Counted from the stretch's first letter, positions 46,448-56,520 are shown. The stretch is DNA of 64,000 nucleotides from an uncultured Hyphomonas sp. (GCA_963678195.1 OY782759.1:3353961-3417960), one strand, 5' to 3'. The notes: a model not told the origin generated them from the sequence alone. Program-made: numbers and translations.

Positions 46448-46892
46448 AGATCCTCTTGTTCTTTAGTCTGTGCGCGTTCCACATCATACAAGTCTCCATG
46501 GGGTCCGTTTGGGGTCCTGGGTTCAATTAAAAATACGCTTGAAAACCAAGCGCCTGCCATCGCGCAGTCAATGGCCACACAAATGTATATACAACTTCCG
46601 CATTTTCAATAGGCCGTCCGCTTTTTTATCGCGACTCGGCACAGGGTTTGCGCCGCCGCAGGCCAGAATACAGGCGGAATCACTTTCTGACTCCACGGGG
46701 TGACAAGCCCATCCGGCGGCGTTATAGCGCGCCCCTCGAATTCATGACCGGCCCGTAATGCCAGGTTAACCACAAGAGGTACCCGCCGGGACGCCCGGCC
46801 ATGCCAATCCCTTCTTAACCAAGACATCATCATACTGGGCCCCTGTGCTGTCCCATGGACAGTTTTGCGGCCAAAGAAAGGATACCCTTTCC

Positions 46893-47675
46893 ATGCCCTA
46901 CGATACGCTTCTTACTGAGTTTGACGAGGATACCGGCGTTGCCGTGATCCAGATGAACCGCCCGGAGGCGCTGAACGCGCTGTCCGAAGCCATGATGAAC
47001 GACCTGACCAGCGCGCTCGACCGCTGCGACAAGGAAGACAAGGTCGGCTGTGTGATCCTGACCGGCTCCAAAAAAGCCTTTTCCGGCGGCGCCGACATCA
47101 AGGAAATCAAGGACAAGACCTATCCGGAATCCTATTATGAGGACTTCATCTCCCGGAACTGGGAGCGGACGGCCCGCCTGCGCAAACCGATCATCGCTGC
47201 TGTGGCGGGCTATGCCGTTGGCGGGGGCTGTGAGCTTGCCCTGATGTGCGACATCATCCTGGCGGCCGACAATGCGAAATTCGGCCAGCCGGAAGTGCGC
47301 CTCGGCGTGATGCCCGGTGCCGGCGGTACGCAACGCCTCACCCGCGCCATCGGCAAGTCGAAGACGATGGAACTCTGCCTCACCGGCCGCCTGATGGACG
47401 CCGCTGAAGCCGAGCGCTTCGGCCTGGTCAGCCGCGTTGTGAAAGCCGAAGACCTGATGGACGATGCCCGCAGCCTCGCCCGCACTATCGCCTCCATGCC
47501 GATGGCCGGGGCGATGATGACCAAGGAAGCCGTCAACTATGCCTATGAGACCCCGCTCTCGCAGGGCATCCAGTTCGAGCGGCGCCTGTTCCAGTCCCTC
47601 TTTTCGACCGCCGACCAGAAAGAGGGCATGGAGGCCTATATCGAGAAACGCTCGGCGCACTTCCGCGATAAATAG
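46893..47675 (+). CDS. enoyl-CoA hydratase
   Basis: NRPEALNAL, AFSGGADIKE, GGGCELAL, FGQPE...PGAGGTQRL. Confidence 0.95.
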   Translation: MPYDTLLTEFDEDTGVAVIQMNRPEALNALSEAMMNDLTSALDRCDKEDKVGCVILTGSKKAFSGGADIKEIKDKTYPESYYEDFISRNWERTARLRKPIIAAVAGYAVGGGCELALMCDIILAADNAKFGQPEVRLGVMPGAGGTQRLTRAIGKSKTMELCLTGRLMDAAEAERFGLVSRVVKAEDLMDDARSLARTIASMPMAGAMMTKEAVNYAYETPLSQGIQFERRLFQSLFSTADQKEGMEAYIEKRSAHFRDK

Positions 47676-47801
47676 GACAAGCAGGCAGGCAGGTGCATTT
47701 TTCCCGCTTCAGACGGGACTCTCCGGTTGACGCCCAACCGGCCTTTATGTATCTCCGCGCCTTCAGCCTGAGGGTCGCCCCTCGGGCAACAGGAGTTTGA
47801 T

Positions 47802-48065
47802 ATGGCTAATACCCGTTCCGCCAAGAAAATGGTCCGCAAGATCGAGCGGCGCACCGAGGTCAACAAGGCCCGGCGTTCGCGCGTGCGCACATTCGTCCGT
47901 CAGGTCGAAGAAGCCATTGCCTCGGGCGACAAGACCGCTGCCGCAGATGCGCTCAAGGCTGCCCAGCCTGAGCTGATGCGTGCCGTCACCAAAGGCGTCA
48001 TGCACAAGAACACATCTTCGCGTAAAGTCTCGCGCCTGGCTGCCCGTGTGAAGTCGATGGCCTGA
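47802..48065 (+). CDS. rpsT: 30S ribosomal protein S20
   Basis: MANTRSAKK...[10 protein letters not shown]...[16 protein letters not shown]. Confidence 0.98.
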   Translation: MANTRSAKKMVRKIERRTEVNKARRSRVRTFVRQVEEAIASGDKTAAADALKAAQPELMRAVTKGVMHKNTSSRKVSRLAARVKSMA

Positions 48066-48111
48066 GGCCAGACGCTTTAGAATTCGGGCCGGACCACCGG
48101 CAAGACACAAG

Positions 48112-48143
48112 ACCCGCCCGGCGCCTCGCCCGGCGGGTTTTTT
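48112..48143 (+). terminator. rho-independent terminator of rpsT
   Basis: ACCCGCC...GGCGGGT followed by a T run. Confidence 0.8.
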
Positions 48144-48676
48144 CTTGCCCGGAATTTGCGTTTCGCGTTTAGTTTCCCCACGCTCAATTCATGGCCAGCA
48201 CCTGCCCGATTGTGTGTCACAGTTATGATCGTACAACCTACAGAAATGCAATTTTGCAAATCTCCTCCTCCCCTCCCTGCACGAATGCGCAATCTGCGCG
48301 CCCGATCAAAATCGTTCCAAAATATTTCCTGTTTTTGATACGAATTTCACAGCCTATTTCCACGAGTACGTGTTGACAGAACAAACGTGAACTTTAGTGC
48401 GCAAAAGCTCACTTCAAAAAAAATACATGCTTTGCAGAAAGCAAAAAACCATTGAGCCATATAGGTTTTTTTCGCCTCACAAGGGTGCTGTGGAAAGAGT
48501 CAACACGCCAATCACGGCTACAGGCCAAAAGATGCACTTGTGTTTGAAAGCGCCGGTCGGTACTTTGAATTCACCAACGATAAACATCCCTGTACGGAGT
48601 ATTTTCGGGGCCAGTTTCGGGTGACTGGACAGGGGTGTTGCGTGCCGGTTTGGTGGCTGTAACAAATAACAAAAAA

Positions 48677-50179
48677 ATGGGGCTCGGCATGGACCGAAAC
48701 AGACTCTTTGACACTCCAGCCAGCGTAGATTCCAATACCAACAAGAAGATCTCCAGTCTTCCGGGCCAGGCAATCTGGCAGGCCGTCCGGGAACACCTGA
48801 AGGAGGTCCTCTCCGCTGCTGATTATCAACGGTGGATCGCCGATCTGAAGCTTATCGCGGAAGTTGACGGGAAGATCGTGCTTGCAGCGCGTGACCGCCT
48901 CTCCTTTGACCGGGTTTCCGCCGATCACCGTCATATCCTCCTTCGTATCTGGAAGGAGCATGACGATGCCCGGCGCGACATCCGGCTGGTCTGCTGGAAG
49001 GACGCCGGGGCGGACCTGCGCGCCATCGTCGAGGACCCGTGGGCCGAAGCGGAGCCGGAAGCGGCTGCGGGCGGCGCCGGTGACGGGACCGGCGGCAATG
49101 ATGGCGGCGCGACCCGCCCGCCGCGTCCCTCCTCCGGCGCACCGGAAATGACGTTCGCCACGCTGGTCACCGGAAAATCGAACGCGATTTCCGTGGAACT
49201 GGCCAAACGTGTGGCCGATGGCCAGCCGGTCGGGACACAGGTTCACCTGATCTCCGGCCCGCAGGGGACCGGCAAGACGCACACGCTGCTCGCCCTGCGG
49301 ACAAGGGCGATGGAAACCAATGCCGATGCAACAGTGGTTTACCTGACCGCAGAAGAATTCCTCTCGGCCTATACCGACGGGGTGAAGGCCAAGGACACCA
49401 GTGCCCTGAAAAAGCGCCTGCGCTCCGCCACCATCCTGCTGATCGACGATCTGCACCGCATCTCGGGCAAGCCGGGCACGGAAACCGAGCTGTTCCAGAA
49501 CATCCGGGAAGTCACCGGTCAGGGCGGCAATGTCGTGCTGGCGGGCGACAAGACGCCGGGCGAACTGGCCGGCTTCTCCCCGCGCATGATGAGCGAGCTG
49601 AAAGGCGCCACCGTGGTCGAGGTGGCACTGCCGGACGAGGACATGCGGCGCGAGATCATCCGCCGTCTCGCCCGTCACATCGAACAGGCACATCCGGACT
49701 TCCTGCTGGACGAGGCCCTGATCGAGCGCATCCATACCGGCATTCGCGGCCCCGGCCGGGAGCTAACCGGCGCGGTCTGGAACCTCTTCACCGAGGCCGG
49801 GTTCGGCACGATGGCACCGACCTCCGACATGCTGGAACGGGTCATCCGCCGCATGGAAGGCGAAGTGCGCGCGCCGACGATCGAACTGGTGAAAAAGGCG
49901 ACGATGAAGGTCTTCAACGTTTCGAAGGCCGATCTCGAAAGCCCGTCCAAGGCTCGTGCGGTCGTCTATCCGCGCCAGATCGCCATGTATCTGTGCCGGG
50001 AGCAGACGCATAAGTCCTTCCCGCAGATCGGTCGCGCCTTCGGACGCCGCGATCACACGACCGTCCTCTATGCGCACCGCAAGCTTTCAAAGGAGCTGGC
50101 GACGGATCAGGAACTGGCCGCGGACATCGCCCGTGTGGCCGCAGCGATCCTCGAAATGCAGGCGGCCGGCAACCATTAA
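48677..50179 (+). CDS. dnaA: chromosomal replication initiator DnaA (divergent)
   Basis: Walker A GPQGTGKT, Walker B LLIDDL, GRELTGA; domain IV RQIAMYL...FG.RDHTTV; rpsT-dnaA-dnaN synteny. Confidence 0.92.
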   Translation: MGLGMDRNRLFDTPASVDSNTNKKISSLPGQAIWQAVREHLKEVLSAADYQRWIADLKLIAEVDGKIVLAARDRLSFDRVSADHRHILLRIWKEHDDARRDIRLVCWKDAGADLRAIVEDPWAEAEPEAAAGGAGDGTGGNDGGATRPPRPSSGAPEMTFATLVTGKSNAISVELAKRVADGQPVGTQVHLISGPQGTGKTHTLLALRTRAMETNADATVVYLTAEEFLSAYTDGVKAKDTSALKKRLRSATILLIDDLHRISGKPGTETELFQNIREVTGQGGNVVLAGDKTPGELAGFSPRMMSELKGATVVEVALPDEDMRREIIRRLARHIEQAHPDFLLDEALIERIHTGIRGPGRELTGAVWNLFTEAGFGTMAPTSDMLERVIRRMEGEVRAPTIELVKKATMKVFNVSKADLESPSKARAVVYPRQIAMYLCREQTHKSFPQIGRAFGRRDHTTVLYAHRKLSKELATDQELAADIARVAAAILEMQAAGNH

Positions 50180-50242
50180 CGAACTGATTGGGCCGCGACC
50201 GCGATCAACGCTTGGCTTTTTCGTTTGGATGTTTAAGTGTTC

Positions 50243-50273
50243 TCAGCCCGTTCCCTACCTGGGGACGGGCTGA
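50243..50273. terminator. 13-bp hairpin between dnaA and dnaN
   Basis: TCAGCCCGTTCCC-TACCT-GGGGACGGGCTGA; no clear U tract. Confidence 0.45.
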
Positions 50274-50368
50274 TTCCGTCGGCACGTACCGGCGGGACAG
50301 ACCAGCAGGCAGACGCAACAGGGTTTAACGGGCGGCAGCAGCGCTGGCCCGGGATGGACGGAAACACG

Positions 50369-51490
50369 ATGAAACTGACGATCGAACGCGGCGACCTCCT
50401 CAACGCACTCTCCCACGTGCAGAACGTGGTCGAGCGGCGCAACACGATCCCGATCCTGTCCAATGTGCTCTTGCAGGCTTCCGGCAGCGAACTTCGCCTG
50501 ACCGCGACGGACCTCGACATCGAGGCCGTCGACAGCGCCCCGGCCAAAGTGGCCAGCGAAGGCGCCGTGACGGCCCCGGCCGGCACATTGTTCGACGTGG
50601 TGCGCAAACTGCCAGCCGGCGCCGAGGTGGAGCTGGAGCTGCAGCCGGAGAACCAGCGCCTGTCGATCCAGGCCGGCCGCTCGCACTTCGAACTGCCGAC
50701 CCTGCCGGCCTCCGATTTCCAGACCATGACGACCGATGACAGCGCGATCAAATTCGCGCTCGACGCCAAGGATCTCGTCCGCCTGATCGACAAGACCCGT
50801 TTCGCGATCTCGACCGAGGAAACGCGCTACTATCTGAACGGCGTCTTCCTGCACACGACCGACGATGCCGACGGCAAGCCGGTGCTGCGCGCCGTGGCGA
50901 CCGATGGCCACCGCCTGGCGCTGGCCGAAGCGAAAGCGCCGGACGGCTCTGCCGGCCTCGAAGGCGTGATCGTGCCGCGCAAGGCCGTGGGGGAGGCCCG
51001 CCGCCTGATCGACGGGCTGGACGGCCCGGTCGACATCGAAATCTCCGATACGAAAATCATCGTCCGCGCCGGCCGCGCGACACTGACATCCAAACTGATT
51101 GACGGATCGTTCCCGGACTATGGCCGCGTGATCCCGAAGGGGAACACGCGCAAGCTGTCGATCGACAACAAGGCCTTCGAAGCCGCCGTCGACCGCGTGT
51201 CCACCGTCTCGGCAGAGCGCTCGCGCTCGGTGAAGCTGTCCCTGTCGGAAGGCAAGCTTGTGCTGGCCGTGAACCACGCCGAAACGGGCGTCGGCAATGA
51301 GGAACTCGAAGCCGAGTATGGCGACGAGCCGATGGAGATCGGCTTCAACGCCAAATACCTGCTCGACATTGCCGGGCAGATCGAGGCGCCGGAAGCCGAA
51401 TTCATGTTCAATGATCCGGCCTCCCCTGCCCTCGTGCTGGACCCGTCCGACGACTCCGCGCGCTATGTGCTGATGCCGCTGCGCGTGTAA
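50369..51490 (+). CDS. dnaN: DNA polymerase III beta clamp
   Basis: VVERRNTIPILSNV, STEETRYYLNG, VATDGHRLA, SKLIDGSFPDY, IGFNAKY, VLMPLRV. Confidence 0.98.
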   Translation: MKLTIERGDLLNALSHVQNVVERRNTIPILSNVLLQASGSELRLTATDLDIEAVDSAPAKVASEGAVTAPAGTLFDVVRKLPAGAEVELELQPENQRLSIQAGRSHFELPTLPASDFQTMTTDDSAIKFALDAKDLVRLIDKTRFAISTEETRYYLNGVFLHTTDDADGKPVLRAVATDGHRLALAEAKAPDGSAGLEGVIVPRKAVGEARRLIDGLDGPVDIEISDTKIIVRAGRATLTSKLIDGSFPDYGRVIPKGNTRKLSIDNKAFEAAVDRVSTVSAERSRSVKLSLSEGKLVLAVNHAETGVGNEELEAEYGDEPMEIGFNAKYLLDIAGQIEAPEAEFMFNDPASPALVLDPSDDSARYVLMPLRV

Positions 51491-51539
51491 TTCCTGACAC
51501 GGAGCGGCCGCAACGCCGGAAGGCAGGCCGCGTGACGAC

Positions 51540-52655
51540 ATGACCGCCTTAACGAGACTGTCGCTCACGGACTTTCGCAATTACGCGTCGCTGACCCTGC
51601 CGCTGGATGGCCGGCATGTCTGCCTCTATGGCGCAAACGGCGCGGGCAAGACGAACCTTCTGGAAGCCGTCAGCCAGCTGGGTCCGGGCCGGGGCCTGCG
51701 CTCCTCCACATTGCCGGACATGGCCCGCACCGGGTCTGCCGGCAGCTGGACCGTGGCCGCTGCCCTCGCCGACGGGCACAAGGTGGGCGTGACGCTGGAC
51801 ACGTCCGGCGGCAGTTCCAAACGTGTCGTCCGCCTTGATGGTGCACCGTCCACCGCGACCGAGCTGGCCGAGATCGTCCGCATCGTCTGGCTGACGCCGA
51901 ACATGGACGGCGTCTTCCGCGGCAGCGCCAGCGACCGGCGTCGCTTCTATGACCGCCTCGTGCTCGCCCACACGCCCTCGCACGCCAGCGCCTCCAGCCG
52001 CTATGAGCGTGCGATGCGCGAGCGTAATGCCCTGCTGGAACGTGGCCATGTCGACCCGGCCTGGGCCGATGCGATCGAGACGCGGCTTGCAGAGAGCGGC
52101 GCCGAGATCGCCATCAACCGCGCCCATGTGCTGGAGTCGCTGCAGGCCGCCATCGAAGCCCGGCCGGAAGGGCATTTTCCGAAGGCGGACATTTCACTCG
52201 AAGGCAAGGCCGAACAGGCCGCCATGCGCGGCGACGATTTCAAATCCATTTTCGAGATGCTGGCAGAGACCTGGCGCACGTCCCGCCGCCGCGACATGGC
52301 CGCCGGGCGCACGCTGGAAGGCCCGCACCGCGCAGACCTCGCCGTCATTCACCGGCCGACGGGGGCACCCGCGAAAGATGCCTCGACCGGGCAGCAGAAG
52401 GCCCTGCTGATCGGGCTGATCCTCGCCTCGGCTACGGCGCTGAAGGCGGAGCGCGATGGGCCGCCGCCCCTGCTCCTGCTGGACGAGGCCGCCGCCCATC
52501 TCGACCCGGACCGGCGCGCCGCCCTGTTCGACGAGATCTGCGCCCTTGGCGGCCAGGCCTGGCTGACGGGCACGGAGAAGTTCCTGTTCGACAGTTTCGG
52601 CGACCGCGCCCAGGCCCTGCACGTGCAGGACGGTAGCGTGGTGGCAGAGGGGTAA
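51540..52655 (+). CDS. recF: DNA replication/repair protein RecF
   Basis: FRNY, GANGAGKTNLLEA, STGQQKALL, LLLDEAAAHLD. Confidence 0.97.
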   Translation: MTALTRLSLTDFRNYASLTLPLDGRHVCLYGANGAGKTNLLEAVSQLGPGRGLRSSTLPDMARTGSAGSWTVAAALADGHKVGVTLDTSGGSSKRVVRLDGAPSTATELAEIVRIVWLTPNMDGVFRGSASDRRRFYDRLVLAHTPSHASASSRYERAMRERNALLERGHVDPAWADAIETRLAESGAEIAINRAHVLESLQAAIEARPEGHFPKADISLEGKAEQAAMRGDDFKSIFEMLAETWRTSRRRDMAAGRTLEGPHRADLAVIHRPTGAPAKDASTGQQKALLIGLILASATALKAERDGPPPLLLLDEAAAHLDPDRRAALFDEICALGGQAWLTGTEKFLFDSFGDRAQALHVQDGSVVAEG

Positions 52656-52656
52656 A

Positions 52657-52761
52657 CCCTCACCTCCCATCGCTGACGCGATGGGCCCCTCCTCTCCCAG
52701 AGGGAGAGGGATTGTTCTTGCGCCATCTCACCAGATTTCCGAAGGCAGCGGGAGGTGAGGG
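52657..52761. repeat. CCCTC...GAGGG family palindromic element
   Basis: 12-bp IR CCCTCACCTCCC/GGGAGGTGAGGG enclosing hairpins CCCATCGC/GCGATGGG and CCTCTCCC/GGGAGAGG; between convergent genes. Confidence 0.85.
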
Positions 52762-52768
52762 AGCGACG

Positions 52769-54307
52769 CTACTGCTTGATGCGCAGGTCGGCGATCGACT
52801 GGGCGATTTCCTTATAGACCTGCAGCAGCTCGTCGCCATCGGCGGCCGAATAGGCGAAGGCCGGGCTGGTGGCGCAGTATTCGAGGATGGTGCGCCCGTC
52901 ACCGGTCTTCTGAACCGAGTCCGGCACCTGGAAGCCGACCGTATAGATCGTCACCTTGGACGGCGCCGCCTTCATCTGATCGCAGAGATCCATGGATTGC
53001 TGGAACGAGCCCTTGGACGCGGAGAAGTGCTGCGAGTTGAAGTCACCATCTGTCATCAGGATGAGCGCCTTGGTGGCGTTCACCTCGTCATAGGCCCAGG
53101 GCTCGGACGCCGCCGGCCAGATAGATTTCCATTTCGGCGAGATCAGGTACCAGCCCCAGGCGATACCGAGATGGCCCGCCGTGCCGCCGCCAGCCGTCAG
53201 GCTGTTCACATGCGCCTTCAGGGCTGCCTTGTTGTCCGTCAGCGGAACAGGGCCGGAATCGCGGCAGGTGGCATAGTTGTTACGGAACGCGCCGGTATTG
53301 GAATTGGCACCGCCATAAGCGACCTCCTGCCAGCCCCGGTATTTGTTCCTGTCATTGTAGCTGAAATACCATTCCGGATTGGCCGAGCCGATCCAGGCGA
53401 GCGAGCCGGGGGCGGCGTCTGTGTCTGCCTGGCTGCCGGTGCGCTCATAAACGCAGCTGTCTTTCACCGAGACGTCTGAATAGAAGCGCCTGGCCGGATC
53501 CCAGTCCCAGTTCGACCACTGATCACAATAGCCGTAATCAAGGCAGGTGCCGGTCTGATAGTAGAAGAAGCGCTTTCCGGTCGCGGAGTCGTACATCCGC
53601 TTGCCATTATACGAATTGAAATTCGCAGAGGCGGCGAGGTTGGAGGCTTCAGGCGCCAGCGACACGCTGTCGGTGACATCATTGATATAGGATCCGGCAT
53701 TGACCGAATTGTTGTAGGTCGTCACCGCGATGCGGATCGTCTTGTCATCCGGCTTGTCGTCCGGCAGCAGCGTGTCGAAGGCGGCATTTGCGGCCGTCTT
53801 CAACAGCGACAGCCGGTTATAGCTGTTCATCGAACCGGAGACGTCAAAGACAAAGGCCACATCCACCTTGCCGACCGAATAGGTCGATGTCGTGGAGACC
53901 ATGAAATCGAGATGATCGCGGCCAAGGATCTGTGAAATGAAGGTCGGCTGCGTGCAGGTGATGGTGGCGTTGATGTCCTCGCTGACATCGTCCATCACGA
54001 CGCCGATGTCCTGGCAGGTCATGCCGCCGCCCTGCATGCCGATCAGGGCGCCGGCATAGTTGCGCACTTCGGCCTTCACCTCTTCCTCGGTCTTGCCCTT
54101 CTGGCGTTCCAGAGCCCCCGCAAGCACGGCAGAGTCCAGCGCGTACTGGACCTTCTCCTTCTGCGAGATCGTGAAACGCAGGTCGATGGCAAGGCCGGCC
54201 AGCCCCATCACCGCAACGACCACAAGCGCCATCAGCACCATGATATTGCCGCGCGTATCGCGGCGATACAGGCTTAAGGCTTCCTGAATCTTCTTCATCT
54301 GAAACAT
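52769..54307 (-). CDS. TadG-like pseudopilin with vWA domain
   Basis: RDTRGNIMV..AL...GLAIDL N-terminus; VFDVSGSM MIDAS, GGTAGHLGIAWG, LMTDG, YTVGF. Confidence 0.9.
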   Translation of the reverse strand: MFQMKKIQEALSLYRRDTRGNIMVLMALVVVAVMGLAGLAIDLRFTISQKEKVQYALDSAVLAGALERQKGKTEEEVKAEVRNYAGALIGMQGGGMTCQDIGVVMDDVSEDINATITCTQPTFISQILGRDHLDFMVSTTSTYSVGKVDVAFVFDVSGSMNSYNRLSLLKTAANAAFDTLLPDDKPDDKTIRIAVTTYNNSVNAGSYINDVTDSVSLAPEASNLAASANFNSYNGKRMYDSATGKRFFYYQTGTCLDYGYCDQWSNWDWDPARRFYSDVSVKDSCVYERTGSQADTDAAPGSLAWIGSANPEWYFSYNDRNKYRGWQEVAYGGANSNTGAFRNNYATCRDSGPVPLTDNKAALKAHVNSLTAGGGTAGHLGIAWGWYLISPKWKSIWPAASEPWAYDEVNATKALILMTDGDFNSQHFSASKGSFQQSMDLCDQMKAAPSKVTIYTVGFQVPDSVQKTGDGRTILEYCATSPAFAYSAADGDELLQVYKEIAQSIADLRIKQ

Positions 54308-54517
54308 TGTTCCACAGCTCCACCACCCGGAATCGGACGGATAATGCCCCGGATGGGTTGCTTCGCTGTTCTGTTTCGGCTTCCAATTTCCGGCGGCCCG
54401 GCAAAGCCTGTTTAACCATGCCAACCGAACCTCACGGGCAAGGAAGACGGCGCCAAAGGAATCGCGCTAAAAGCTGTTCGTTTGCGGTCGGCCAGAAAAG
54501 CTGAGGAGCCCGGATCC

Positions 54518-55312
54518 ATGCAACAGTATCTCGATCTTCTGCGCGATGCCCTGGAGAATGGTTTCGAGCGGGGCGACCGCACGGGCACCGGCACGCGCGC
54601 CGTGTTCGGCCGCCAGCTGCGCTTCAATCTGGAAGACGGCTTCCCGATGGTGACGACCAAGAAGCTGCACCTGCGCTCGATCATCATCGAGCTCTTATGG
54701 TTCCTGAAGGGCGACACCAACATCAAATACCTGAAGGACAACAAGGTCTCGATCTGGGATGAGTGGGCCGACGAGCATGGCGACCTTGGCCCCGTCTATG
54801 GCAAACAGTGGCGCAGCTGGGCGGCGCCGGACGGGCGCACGATCGACCAGATCCAGTGGGTGCTGGACGAGATCCGCACCAATCCGAATTCGCGCCGCCT
54901 GATCGTATCTGCCTGGAACCCGGCCGATGTGAACGAAATGGCCCTGCCGCCCTGCCACTGCCTGTTCCAGTTCAATGTCATGGACGGCAAGCTGAACTGC
55001 CAGCTCTACCAGCGCTCAGCCGACATCTTCCTCGGCGTGCCGTTCAACATCGCATCATACGCGCTGCTGACCATGATGATGGCGCGCGCCACAGGCCTGA
55101 AGCCGGGCGAGTTCATCCACACATTCGGCGACGCGCATCTCTACCTGAACCATGTCGAGCAGGCAGAGCTGCAGCTCTCGCGGGAGCCTCTGCCCCTGCC
55201 GACCATGCGCATGAACCCGGACAAGACGGATCTGTTCGGCTGGGAGTTTGAAGACTTCAAGGTCGAGAACTATCAGGCTCACGCCCACATCAAGGCACCG
55301 GTCGCCGTTTAG
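54518..55312 (+). CDS. thyA: thymidylate synthase
   Basis: [46 protein letters not shown]. Confidence 0.98.
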   Translation: MQQYLDLLRDALENGFERGDRTGTGTRAVFGRQLRFNLEDGFPMVTTKKLHLRSIIIELLWFLKGDTNIKYLKDNKVSIWDEWADEHGDLGPVYGKQWRSWAAPDGRTIDQIQWVLDEIRTNPNSRRLIVSAWNPADVNEMALPPCHCLFQFNVMDGKLNCQLYQRSADIFLGVPFNIASYALLTMMMARATGLKPGEFIHTFGDAHLYLNHVEQAELQLSREPLPLPTMRMNPDKTDLFGWEFEDFKVENYQAHAHIKAPVAV

Positions 55313-55331
55313 TGGGACTGTCCGGAAGAGA

Positions 55332-55685
55332 TTAGTCCTTCAGCGCCTGCCAGGCGTTCCAGGCATCGGCGGCGTACATCAGGCTCGGGCCGCCGCCCAT
55401 ATAGACCGTCACGCCAAGCGCTTCGGACACTTCCTCGTCCGTCGCGCCAAGCCGTTTCAGCGCCTTGGTATGAAACCCGATACAGCCGTCGCAATGCGTC
55501 GCGACCCCGATGGAGAGCGCGATCAGTTCCTTCATCTTCTTGTCCAGCGCGCCATCGGCCATCGCGGCCTTGGACATGGCGGAAAACTGGGTCAGCGTCT
55601 CGACGGCGCCTGTGCCGCGCAGGCCCTTGATGCCTTCATTGATCGAGCCTGTGATGGCGGCGAAATCCTTGGTATCCATGCTCAT
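55332..55685 (-). CDS. carboxymuconolactone decarboxylase/AhpD family protein
   Basis: LDKKMKELIAL...HCDGCIGFH; MGGGPSLMYA. Confidence 0.92.
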   Translation of the reverse strand: MSMDTKDFAAITGSINEGIKGLRGTGAVETLTQFSAMSKAAMADGALDKKMKELIALSIGVATHCDGCIGFHTKALKRLGATDEEVSEALGVTVYMGGGPSLMYAADAWNAWQALKD

Positions 55686-55822
55686 GCGTCGCTCCTGTCG
55701 TCTGTGCTCTGGTCTAGCTGGCGGCTGAAAGTGTCATCTTCAATAAGGGTTTAACCGGATGGGCACGGGCGGCAAGCGTGTTGGCGATTGGCAGCGGCGC
55801 CGGCGGCCTCTAGGCTGGCTTC

Positions 55823-56512
55823 ATGTGCGGACGTTTCTTCAGACATGGCGTGACCTGGGCGGAATATCACGCGGCCCTGTCGATCATCCAGCCGCTCGGT
55901 GTGGAGCCGCCGGAGGCGGCGTACAATATCGCGCCGACCCAATATGTCCCGATCATCCGCCTGACGCCCGAGGGAGAGCCGGAACCGGCCGGATCCCGCC
56001 AGATGGCGCCGGCCATGTGGGGCCTCGTGCCGAGCTGGTGGCACCAGCCGCTGAAGGAGAAGAAATTCGCCACCTTCAATGCCCGCGCCGAGGGCCTTCA
56101 GGAATCGAACACGTTCCGCGGGTCTTTCCGCCACCGGCGTTGCCTGATCCCGGCCAGCGGCTTCTATGAATGGACCGGGCCGAAGGGCAGCAAGACGCCC
56201 TATGCCATCGGCCTGCGTAACCGGCGCTGGTTCTGTTTCGGCGGCCTCTGGGACCGGGCCATGATCGACGGCTCGGAAATCGACAGTTTCACTATTATCA
56301 CGACCAAGCCGAACGATCTGATGGCGGGCCTGCACACGCGGATGCCGGTGATCATAGACCCGCAGAATTATTCGCGCTGGCTGACCGCTTCCACGAGGGA
56401 GGTGGAAAGACTGTTCGAGCCCTTCCCCACCGACGCGATGCATGCCTGGCCGGTCGGTGCCGCGGTCGGCAATGTCCGCAATCAGGGCTCGCAGCTGATC
56501 GAGGAAGCCTGA
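55823..56512 (+). CDS. SOS response-associated peptidase (SRAP/YedK/HMCES)
   Basis: N-terminal MCGRF, YNIAPTQ, FNARAE, RCLIPASGFYEW, H.RMPVI. Confidence 0.95.
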   Translation: MCGRFFRHGVTWAEYHAALSIIQPLGVEPPEAAYNIAPTQYVPIIRLTPEGEPEPAGSRQMAPAMWGLVPSWWHQPLKEKKFATFNARAEGLQESNTFRGSFRHRRCLIPASGFYEWTGPKGSKTPYAIGLRNRRWFCFGGLWDRAMIDGSEIDSFTIITTKPNDLMAGLHTRMPVIIDPQNYSRWLTASTREVERLFEPFPTDAMHAWPVGAAVGNVRNQGSQLIEEA

Positions 56513-56520
56513 GCGCGGGG

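Noticed and set aside
48144-48676. Calling oriC upstream of dnaA
   Set aside because: No consensus DnaA-box array or perfect CtrA sites seen; reported only as a regulatory region.
28275-51580. Long antisense ORFs (e.g. 28275..29528, 38965..40197, 43093..44364, 48518..49735, 50255..51580)
   Set aside because: Shadow frames of clearly recognisable genes, expected in high-GC DNA.
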